Assembly (NCBI GenBank): GCA_002269645.1 | Contig: NIVC01002992.1 | Location: 15,204 to 79,203 of the forward strand | DNA: 64,000 nt | Origin: Macrostomum lignano | Lineage: Eukaryota | Direction: 5' to 3' | Shown here: piece by piece, positions 1 through 23,500 of the stretch | Layout of the letters: each line of letters begins with the position of its first letter | Position numbering within the stretch: the first letter of the stretch is position 1 | The notes under the pieces: generated by a model | Database searches by the model: none | Seen by the model: the letters and a program-made list of their open reading frames with translations, nothing else | Told to the model about the DNA's origin: nothing | Made by a program: the position numbers and the translations under genes

Positions 1-1440
1 AGACCTGGAGAGATAGAAATAGACCTGAGAGAAAGAAATAGACCTGAGAGAAAGAAATAGACCTGAGAGATAGAAATAGACCTAAGAGATAGAAATAGAC
101 CTGAGAGATAGAAATAGACCTAAGAGATAGAAATAGACCTGAGAGAGATAGAAATAGACCTGAGAGATAGAAATAGACCTAAGAGATAGAAATAGACCTG
201 AGAGAGAAAGAAATAGACCTGAGAGATAGAAATAGACCTAAGAGATAGAAATAGACCTGAGAGAGAAAGAAATAGACCTGAGGGATAGAAATAGACCTGA
301 GAGAGATAGAGATAGACCTGAGAGAGATATAAATAGACCTGGTGAGATAGAAATAGACCTGAGGGATAGAAATAGACCTGAGAGATAGAAATAGACCTGA
401 GAGATAGAAATAGACCTGAGAGATAGAAATAGACCTGGAGAGATAGAAATAGACCTGAGAGATAGAAATAGACCTGAGAGATAGAAATAGACCTGAGAGA
501 GAAAGAAATAGACCTGAGAGAGATAGAAATAGACCTGAGAGATAGAAATAGACCTGAGAGATAGAAATAGACCTGAGAGATAGAAATAGACCTGGAGAGA
601 TAGAAATAGACCTGAGAGATAGAAATAGACCTGGAGAGATAGAAATAGACCTGAGAGATAGAAATAGACCTGAGAGATAGAAATAGACCTGAGAGAGATA
701 GAAATAGACCTGAGAGAGATAGAAATAGACCTGGAGAGATAGAAATAGACCTGAGGGATAGAAATAGACCTGAGGGATAGAAATAGACCTGAGAGATAGA
801 AATAGACCTGAGAGATAGAAATAGACCTGAGAGATAGAAATAGATCTGAGAGAGATAGAAATAGATCTGAGAGAGATAGAAATAGACCTGAGAGAGATAT
901 AAATAGACCTGAGAGAGATATAAATAGACCTGAGAGAGATAGAAATAGACCTGAGAGATAGAAATAGACCTGAGAGATAGAAATAGATCTGAGAGAGATA
1001 GAAATAGATCTGAGAGAGATAGAAATAGACCTGAGAGAGATATAAATAGACCTGAGAGAGATATAAATAGACCTGAGAGAGATAGAAATAGATCTGAGAG
1101 AGATAGAAATAGACCTGAGAGAGATAGAAATAGACCTGAGAGAGATATAAATAGACCTGAGAGAGATAGAAATAGACCTGAGAGATAGAAATAGACCTGA
1201 GAGAGATAGAAATAGACCTGAGAGAGATATAAATAGACCTGAGAGAGATATAAATAGACCTGAGAGAGATAGAAATAGACCTGAGAGATAGAAATAGACC
1301 TGAGAGAGATAGAAATAGACCTGAGAGAGATAGAAATAGACCTGAGAGATAGAAATAGATCTGAGAGAGATAGAAATAGATCTGAGAGAGATAGAAATAG
1401 ACCAGAGAGAGAAAGAAATAGACCTGAGGGATAGAAATAG
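1..1440. repeat. Minisatellite, 19-21 bp unit AGACCTGAG(AG)AGATAGAAAT
   Basis: About 70 tandem copies; continues beyond the left edge. Confidence 0.97.
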
Positions 1441-2089
1441 GCGCAGAAATCGTGACAGAAAGGGCTCACGAAAGCAGGCTAAGGCGGATGTCATGGCGGT
1501 ACCAGTGGAATTCATTTTGCAGCACTGGGCACCAGCAGCTCTGCAAAGCCCTAAGCTGGAGAATTATTGGGCCATAAAACTGACATCCACTAGGATTTAT
1601 AAAACTCTGCGGGTTCAGTCGGCGGTGAGATCAATAGAAAGTGATAAGCTTCACTTCATCTCAGCGCTACGCGGTGCAAAAGGTCACGCGAGGACGCCCC
1701 CTCCACCCTAGTCATCTGAACAGCCAGTGGGTCAGAAAGTGAGCAAATTCCCTGCCGTGAAAATCGGCAAATCTTTAGTAAGCAAAATCTTTCAACGCTT
1801 GAATTCCGTAACGCTAATTCTGTCAATCCATTGTGCCAGAAAAGAGATCTGCAGAGGTTAAGCAGGGGCTCCAACCCCCCCTACCGCCTCAGTAGGCATG
1901 AGTGGCGGACCGATTTGCTTTCTTTGTGGCACAGATGTTGCGGATTCCATTGCTAAGAAAGCCAGGCAACTGTTTGCTCAGATCGGAGCTGGCAGGGGGG
2001 TTCCAGTTGTCCGGTAAGGGAAATGACAAAAGCGTTATTGACAGCCCGAGTTGCGCCATTTTGCCTCGGATTTAAGCGTCTCAAAAGGC

Positions 2090-14895
<12,806 letters not shown>

Positions 14896-15149
14896 CCTGT
14901 CGCCGAGTTTGAGAAGCTGCTCAGCTCAGACGGGGAAGCCGATTGCCTTTACACTAGGGTGCAGGGGAGTCGAAGAGCCAGTCTGCTTTGGGAATCGCAC
15001 TGTAGGGGAGGAGGGGCCACCGTCCCCTTGCCTGGACTTGTCTGGGGGTCGCAATCTGCCTTTGGGTCTTCTGGGGGGGGCTTGGCCTGCTCTTCCCGCT
15101 GCCAGTCGGAGCTGCGTGCTATATGCGTGCCGGCCGCGATCAATATAAT

Positions 15150-15340
15150 GTGAATGGGCGGCCGGGGTGTTGAAAAGTGAGGGGGTTGGGCCGGGCGCGC
15201 AATGGGCCGCGTGTGAGGACACGCCGGGAGTGCAGCGTAGCCAAAATTCAAAGGGAAGGCGGGCAAGGGTTTTTGGTGGGCGGGGGGCCCGGAATTCTGC
15301 CAGCCAATAGGAGGCCTGCGAGCCTCCGCCCCCGAAGCTA
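15150..15340 (-). promoter_or_regulatory. Putative Src-gene proximal promoter (GC boxes, CCAAT)
   Basis: CpG-rich stretch with GGGCGG motifs and CCAAT at 15304, 250-450 bp upstream of the ATG; motif-only evidence. Confidence 0.25.
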
Positions 15341-15754
15341 AAAATAGATTCGGGGAACCAAAATGCTGCCAAGTGCCAACACTTCAAGTTAGCGTCGTAC
15401 AGTTGCAACTTTCAAGTGGTGGTGTCGTTTGCGCTAATTTCTACTTGTTAGTAGAGAGAGAGGAATTTCAGCTCCAAAAGAAGTTATTCACGAGCGCGTA
15501 TTGACATTGTTTTAGTGTTATTCATGACTACTAGTTGGTTTAAAAGGTTTTATTGATGGCCATTAGTTGGTCTAAGATTTCATTTATTGAGTTTTATTGA
15601 TGGCTAGCTCGTATTAGTTCGTCTAGTATATTTTTATTAGTGGCGTTCTCCTCTTTGTTAACTTTACGTCCGAGCTCGGGTGCTTTATATAAAATCAGAT
15701 CTACCTGTGTTGCGACTTTCTTCTCATTTCTTCAGTTCATCTGCTCTCGTCTCT

Positions 15755-16000
15755 GTTTTCTCTCCCTCTCTGTCTAGTTCAGTCATCTCTCTCCCCTCGC
15801 GGCTTTCTGATTGGCTCTTCACTCTGACCTCTTTCCACTCTTTTCACTCCCTCTCTGTCTAGTTCAGTCATCTCTCTCCCCTCGCGGCTTTCTGATTGGC
15901 TCTTCAGTCTGACCTCTTTCCACTCTTTTCTCTCCCTCTCTGGCTAGTTCAGTCATCTCTCCCCTCGCGGCTTTCTGATTGGCTCTTCAATCTGATCTCT
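15755..16000. repeat. 85-bp tandem repeat containing ATTGG (CCAAT box)
   Basis: TCCCTCTCTG recurs at 15763, 15848 and 15933. Confidence 0.9.
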
Positions 16001-16779
16001 TTCCTCATTCGCGAACTCCACCCATCATTTCTTATCAGCACAAAACTCACCCTTCAATCTGATGTCTTATAAATGCAAGTTTACAGTCAACGAGGCTGTC
16101 GTATTTTGACTGCATATTAACAGTTAGGAATACCAAGCTATATTTTTCCGCCCGTCGAACTACCAAGTTTCGTCTGGTGTCATCTGCTGAAGGTGCTGAC
16201 GGCGTCGGGGTGATGACAGAATGCTTGAGAGACCAGCTGAGGATGTCAAGCAGTTGAGGTTTGCCCTCTGTTGAGGCTTGATCAGCGAACCTAGAGAAAT
16301 TTGCAACAGGGTGTCCATCGTCGCTGAATGCACTAGCGCTTATGGGAAAAATCCGACCTTCTGGCAGAATCTTTTTGAATATCTAATTGTAGGGCTGGCG
16401 ACTTGATTCTTCTTTGAGAAGGTGCGCAACAAAGTCAGCACGTGATATCGTGAATTTCGTGTACCTGGGTTGCTTCGATTCAGCGCAACAAAAAAATTGT
16501 CAAGGGGAATTTCTCACCTTTTCTTTTTAGAAAAAATGTTAAAACAATATATTTTTTATAGCTATAAAAGCGAAAAGGAAATCTATATATTTTCAATTTA
16601 AGTTTTGCGTAATACGAGCGTTTAAATAGAAAGCAAAATAAGAAATTGTGCAAAAGGCACGCGAAAAAAGTTATCATATAAATGTCAGTCGAAAAATAAA
16701 GAAAATATAAAAGGCACATAAATTTTTCGCAATATTACAAAAAACTCGCGACTAAAATAACATACAATAAAGTTATTTA

Positions 16780-17092
16780 GGGGTAGAAATGAAAGGCAAT
16801 AAAACTCGCTGGGGTAGAAATGAAAGGCAATAAAACTCGCTGGGGGTAGAAATGAAAGGCAATAAAATTCGCTGGGGTAGAAATGAAAGGCAATAAAACT
16901 CGCAGGGGTAGAAATGAAAGGCAATAAAACTCGCTGGGGGTAGAAATGAAAGGCAATAAAACTCACTGGGAGTAGAAATGAAAGGCAATAAAACTCGCTG
17001 GGGGTAGAAATGAAAGGCAATAAAACTCACTGGGAGTAGAAATGAAAGGCAATAAAACGCGCTAGGGTAGAAATGAAAGGCAATAAAATTCG
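16780..17092. repeat. 31-32 bp minisatellite GGGGTAGAAATGAAAGGCAATAAAACTCGCT
   Basis: About 10 copies. Confidence 0.95.
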
Positions 17093-17568
17093 TTGGGTAT
17101 ACAGCCGCCCCATGTTCAGGAGTCGTCGCTGCGCGTCGTGCCGATTGACTGGCAACGCGCAGTCATGGACGTTGGCGGCGATCCCCTGTGCGGTCAGCAG
17201 GGGAAGCAGCTCCAGTGTCTTGAGTTGCATAACTTGATCTGCGGGTCCCTGCACAACGGGCATTTGTCTATGTAGCCCGTGTCGTAACAGTTAACTTATT
17301 CACAATTCTTCCGCATCAAATTTACTTGGAATCGACATTCTCGGTGGACGACGAAGTGACCAGAACCTTGTTGGGATGACGTTTTTGGAGCAGCCGGAGT
17401 CGTCAGACAGTTTCTTTGCGCCGCCGGCTGCGAGCCCCCCATTGGGAATCCGCATGAATTAGATGATAAAATAAGATCAGTTGGAATTTGAGTACGCATA
17501 CGCACTTCATCGTCAGACATGTACACTCTCTGCGCCTTTGGTGGCTGGTTGCTCCCTCCCATAGACAG

Positions 17569-18288
17569 TAATTGCACAGGCCCCAAACTAATTGCACAGG
17601 CCCCAAACTAATTGCACAGGCCCCAAACTAATTGCACAGGCCCCAAACTAATGACACAAGTCCCAAAACTAATTGCACACAGGCCGCAAAACTAATTGCA
17701 CACAGGCCCTAAACTAATTGCACACAGGCCCTAAACTAATTGCACACAGGCCCCAAACTAATTGCACAGGCCCCAAACTAATTGCACACAGGCCCCAAAC
17801 TAATGACACAAGCCCCAAAACTAATTGCACACAGGCCCCAAAACTAATTGCACACAGGCTCTAAACTAATTGCACACAGGCCCTAAACTAATTGCACACA
17901 GGCCCCAAACTAATTGCACAGGCCCCAAACTAATTGCACACAGGTCCCAAACTAATTGCACAGGCCCCAAACTAATTGCACACAGGCCCCAAACTAATGA
18001 CACAAGCCCCAAAACTAATTGCACACAGGCCCCAAAACTAATTGCACACAGGCTCTAAACTAATTGCACACAGGCCCTAAACTAATTGCACACAGGCCCC
18101 AAACTAATTGCACAGGCCCCAAACTAATTGCACACAGGTCCCAAACTAATTGCACAGGCCCCAAACTAATTGCACACAGGCCCCAAACTAATTGCACAGG
18201 CCCCAAACTAATTGCACACAGGCCCTAAACTAATTGCACACAGGCCCCAAACTAATTACACAGGCCTCAGACTAATTGCACACAGGCC
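17569..18288. repeat. 20-23 bp minisatellite TAATTGCAC(AC)AGGCCCCAAAC
   Basis: About 33 copies. Confidence 0.96.
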
Positions 18289-19519
18289 GTACATGTAATT
18301 GGTTCAACCATAATGTACATTGGCCACTGAAATGTACAAGGCAGATTTAGGCTGGAACAACCGATGAAGGTAAGAAAATTTGGGTCAGGGGTAGAGGTTT
18401 CGTGTGGAGTTTGATTGTTTAGCTTGGGGGGGGGTTTAAGAGCCAATAAATGAGCCTTGTCTGTAAAAATACGTTAAAATGCTTCTGTTTAACTTACTAC
18501 TGAACAGAAAGTAGCTTGCACGCAAACGTGCTGAGTGGCCCATCCAGTTATTCTACGAGTATTATCTGTGGCTATATTCGTATTAGGATTGATTCAACTA
18601 ATAAATAAGCGAAAAATGAAGCAAATTTTACTGCGAATAAACAAATAGGAAAGTGATATATTAAATGAACAGCTCGCACAAGACACTAGCATTAGCAATT
18701 AGCAGCGCACCGAACTCAGTTAAGCAAAGAAATTACCTTAAAGATTAAATATATAGAACACAGTATAGACAAATAAATGCAGCAAAAAGGAATAGAATGA
18801 AATGGAAAACGCCCTATGCGCAACAATACATGTACATAAAAGACAGACGGATTACATGCATTGCTAAAATCCTGGCCTTCATCATCTGCCAACCTGAACT
18901 CCCCTGAGCAGCGAGCGATAAAAACCTCATTAAAATCAATCTACAGAATCGAGCGCACGTCAAATACCATGGACTATATTTAGAAGTCTAACAATACAAC
19001 ATAGAAATATCCAGAAACTATCATGATGAATAGATTGCAAATAGATAGATAGTTCACAATTCACAAGCAGATATTAAAATATTGAATGTAGAATTTTTAT
19101 AAATAGTACACAGATCGATAGACTGGTGTGAAATTTCTAAAACTCCTGTGTCAAGATCCCTATAAAACGAATTATCATATATCATATAAAACGTATTGTA
19201 AAGTGTCTGTATATGCGGCGACAGTGTGCAAATAAAATTCCTTTGAAACTGCTTACGGAAACGAACTAGATTCCAGCTGAATACAAAGATACTAGAATAG
19301 CTAGATATGTCACTCGCAAAAATGCCTCTTCATCCCGTTTTACCACCTCCAGACTGCCTCAAACTCTAAATTATTTGATAAGAAATCAATTTAGGTCAGA
19401 AGACTGCAGTAAAACTTGAAAAACTCAAAACTAGTTCGTTTGCATAGCGAGCAAGTGAGAAAAGGGTTGGCGCCCCAAGCCCCCAGCTAGGACGATAAAC
19501 AGTTAGACTTATAGTTAGC

Positions 19520-19765
19520 CTTACTCCTTACTGCTCTCTCATTGGCTGAGCTAGATTGGCCTTCCCCACCCCAGGCTGAGTTTCGTTTGTCTGACTTTGT
19601 CCTCTCTCCTTACTGTTCTCTCATTGGCTGAGCCAGATTGGGCCTGCCCCACACCCAGACTGAGTTTCATCTGTCTGACTTTGCCCTCTCTCCTTACTGA
19701 TTTCTCATTGGCTGAGCTAGATTATCCCAGCCCCACCCCACTAGGTTGAGTTTCGTCTATCTTGC
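19520..19765. repeat. 82-84 bp tandem repeat containing ATTGG motifs
   Basis: ATTGGCTGAG recurs at 19541, 19623 and 19707. Confidence 0.85.
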
Positions 19766-19979
19766 GTTCATTTGTGTATGCTTCTGAGGCCACAAACCCC
19801 GAGAAAGGAAAGAAGATTTTAGATGCGCATATAAAATTTAAGTAACACTGCGCAGAGAAACTACTGAGTTGACGCTCTGCTTTTCAGTAGTGGAATATCT
19901 AGTTATTCTAGAAACTATGCCTGATACTAAACAGTAGTATATAGAGCAATCTTTCAGCTGCTAAAGCAGACAACCCTTG

Positions 19980-20576
19980 TCAATGCGATCCATCGAATTG
20001 CAATAGAAAAGTGCGAAAGAAGAAGCCGCCCAATGGCAGCGGCTCGTTCAGGTCCACCACTGGCCGGGTCAGCCGCAGCCCCGTGAGGGTCGCCTCGGCC
20101 GCTTGGCTGGGCCGACGAGGGGCCGCCTCGCCCGGACCAGCTGTAAACAGGTCGGCCAGACAGAAGCCCACTTTGGCTTTGCACGGTTGCTGCTGCTGCT
20201 GCTCACCATTGCCGGTTTTGTGGCACACGCTTGGCTGATTGTGCAGCACCAGCAGGGCTTGGAACCGGTGCCCAGGCGGCAGCAACCGGTAGGTGACAAT
20301 CTCCAGTGAGCAGGGCAGACCGGCCGGCGGCAGCAGGGACAGCTGGACAATTGGGGATTTGTTGCCAGGCGAACGGGTTAGGAAGGCCAACGGTCGGTGG
20401 TTGAGCCGGCGAGACAGCGCCAGCTCGGCCGGGGTCAGGAAGTCGCCAACCAGACGCTCGTCGTTATTGTTGGCGTCGGTGGAATCGGCGGCCGACTGAG
20501 TCGACCAGTGCAGCAGGAAGTCGCTGCGGGCTGGGTAAACCCGCTCCATGGCCTGGCCCACGCCGCGACTGTCGTC
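19980..20576 (-). CDS. MAN2A: Alpha-mannosidase II terminal exon 5
   Basis: ccccgcag|GAC GAC AGT CGC GGC GTG GGC CAG; TGA at 19982-19980. Confidence 0.9.
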   Translation of the reverse strand, partial: DDSRGVGQAMERVYPARSDFLLHWSTQSAADSTDANNNDERLVGDFLTPAELALSRRLNHRPLAFLTRSPGNKSPIVQLSLLPPAGLPCSLEIVTYRLLPPGHRFQALLVLHNQPSVCHKTGNGEQQQQQPCKAKVGFCLADLFTAGPGEAAPRRPSQAAEATLTGLRLTRPVVDLNEPLPLGGFFFRTFLLQFDGSH

Positions 20577-23500
20577 CTGCGGGGGAATTCTGGATGGATT
20601 AGTGGGGAATTCTGGTTGGATTACTGGGGAATTCTGGTTGGATTAGTGGGGAATTCTGGTTTAATTTTTGGGGAATTCTGGTTGCATTATTGGCGAGAGT
20701 ACTGGTTGGTCGGTTGGATTACGAATTGTAGAAAATTCATAATCATACACGTTGATAATTGAAAAAATCTGGCTTTTTTGTCGGCAAAGATTGATGGATT
20801 AACGATAGAATCGCAGTTGGGATTATCGATCGAATTGCGGTGGGATTATCGATCGAATCGTAGTTGGGATTATCGATCGAATTGCGGTGGGATTATCGAT
20901 AGAATCACGGTGGGATTACCGATAGAATCGCGGTGGGATTATCGATCGAATCGCGGTGGGATTATCAATAGAATCAGAGGATTTAAATGCAAGGATTATC
21001 GGCAGGATTAGGGTTGGATTAGGCGATACCCACACGCGCACACCTGAGAGGTCCGTCTGTGCAGCACAATGTCAAGCCGGCCGTCAGGCAGCAGGGCGGC
21101 ACCGTGGCTCTGACCGGTCAGAACCGCCACCCGCCTCCGCCGGCCGCCGCGGCCAGCCGAGCCGCGCAGCACTACGGCGCCGGTCACGGGGTACACGCCG
21201 GACTCGAACGGGGCCTTCACCGGCCTGTGCCGCCTGACCAGCGCGGCGGAGTTCGCGTCAGTGTAGAAATAGCGGCCATTCGCCAGGCTGAAGTTGGCCC
21301 GCATGACCAGCTCCAGGTCCAGCGGCTTGGTCATGTCCGAGGACTCCGAGCTGGGCAGGTTCGCCAGGTTGGTGACTCGCACAGCGGAGTCCACCGCTGC
21401 CAGGCCGGTGCTGTACAGGGCCACCCGGTTTCTGTAGTGGTTCTGTTGGCGCAGGATGGAGCTGCGAACCGGGCCTCGAACTGAATAAACCACCGGGTCG
21501 GGCTGCAGGCCCTCGCGGGAGAGCGGGGCGCCCGGCTCCACCTGTTGCGCATGGGTTGTAGTGGAATTGTAGGGTACAAGTCAAATGGTTGACAAGTCAT
21601 TTGGTATCATTAAATTGCACTTTACAAATTAAATGATTATCACTAATCCCTCAGTGATTTCGAACGATAATCCCACTTTGATTACACCTATAATCCAGCT
21701 GAAATTCTATGGATAATCCATTTGTAGTTCTATCGATAATCCATCTGTAGTTCTATCGATAATCCATCTGTAAATATATCGATAATCCATCGGTGGTTCT
21801 ATCGATAATCCATCTGTGGTTCTCTCGATAATCCATCTGTTTTTCTCTTAATAATCCATCTATATTTCTTATGATAATCCATCTGTGATTCTATCGATAA
21901 TCCATCTGTAAATATATCGATAATCCATCTGTGATTCTATCGATAATCCATCTGTAATTCTATCGATAATCCATCTGTGGTTCTATCGATAATCCATCTG
22001 TAATTCTATCGATAATCCATCTGTGGTTCTATCGATAATCCATCTGTAATTCTATCGATAATCCATCTGTAATTCTATCGATAATCTATCTGTAGTTCTA
22101 TCGATAATCTATCTGTAATTCTCTCGATAATCCATCTGTAATTCTATCGATAATCCATCTGTAATTCTATCGATAATCTATCTGTAGTTCTATCGATAAT
22201 CTATCTGTAATTCTCTCGATAATCCATCTGTAGTTCTATCGATAATCCATCTGTAATTCTATCGATAATCCATCTGTAGTTCTATCGATAATCCATCTGT
22301 AATTCTCTCGATAATCCATCTGTAGTTCTATCGATAATCCATCTGTAATTCTCTCGATAATCCATCTGTAGTTCTATCGATAATCTATCTGTAGTTCTAT
22401 CGATAATCTATCTGTAGTTCTATCGATAATCCATCTGTAGTTCTATCGATAATCTATCTGTAGTTCTATCGATAATCTATCTGTAGTTCTATCGATAATC
22501 TATCTGTAGTTCTATCGATAATCCATCTGTAGTTCTATCGATAATCTATCTGTAGTTCTATCGATAATCCATCTGTAATTCTATCGATAATCTATCTGTA
22601 ATTCTATCGATAATCCATCTGTAATTCTATCGATAATCCATCTGTGGTTCTATCGATAATCCATCTGTAATTCTCTCGATAATCCATCTGTAATTCTATC
22701 GATAATCCATCTGTAATTCTATCGATAATCTATCTGTAGTTCTATCGATAATCTATCTGTAGTTCTATCGATAATCCATCTGTTTTTCTCCTAATAATCC
22801 ATCTATAATTCTTATGATAATCCATCTGTGATTCTATCGATAATCCATCTGTGGTTCTATCGATAATCCATCTGTAGTTCTATCGATAATCCATCTGTAA
22901 TTCTCTCGATAATCCATCTGTAGTTCTATCGATAATCCATCTGTAATTCTCTCGATAATCCATCTGTAGTTCTATCGATAATCTATCTGTAGTTCTATCG
23001 ATAATCTATCTGTAGTTCCCTGTAACTATATGTAGATAGTCCACTGCATTGATAATCCCGCTAATCGCAGCTCACCCCGCCCCCCATGATGTAGGCGCCG
23101 CGCCTGGACTTCGCCAGCCCGAGATAGCCGAGCTCCAGCCCGAAGCCGGTGGCCGCCACGCCGCCGTCGCTGCCGCCGAGCTGCTGGACGCTGACAAAGT
23201 CGGGCTCGCCGCCGGCCAGAGTAAAGTTGATGGCCAGCACGGAGTTGGCCAGAGTCAGCTGACTCCGGCCGGCGGTTTCGTCCAGTCGGTCGATTTTCGG
23301 CCACACGGAGCTGCTGTGAGGGAAGTTCATGGCCAGCCGGGCTGGCGGGCAGCGGACAGTGGGCTCCGAATTGTCTGCCCCGGCCGAGAATCCGACCCGA
23401 GTGGCCGACAGCGGCGGCATCTGCAGGCAGACCAGCAAGTCGAATTCGGACTCGCTGATGCCGCCGGAGATGCCGTTGAAGTGCGGCTCAACCTGGCAGC

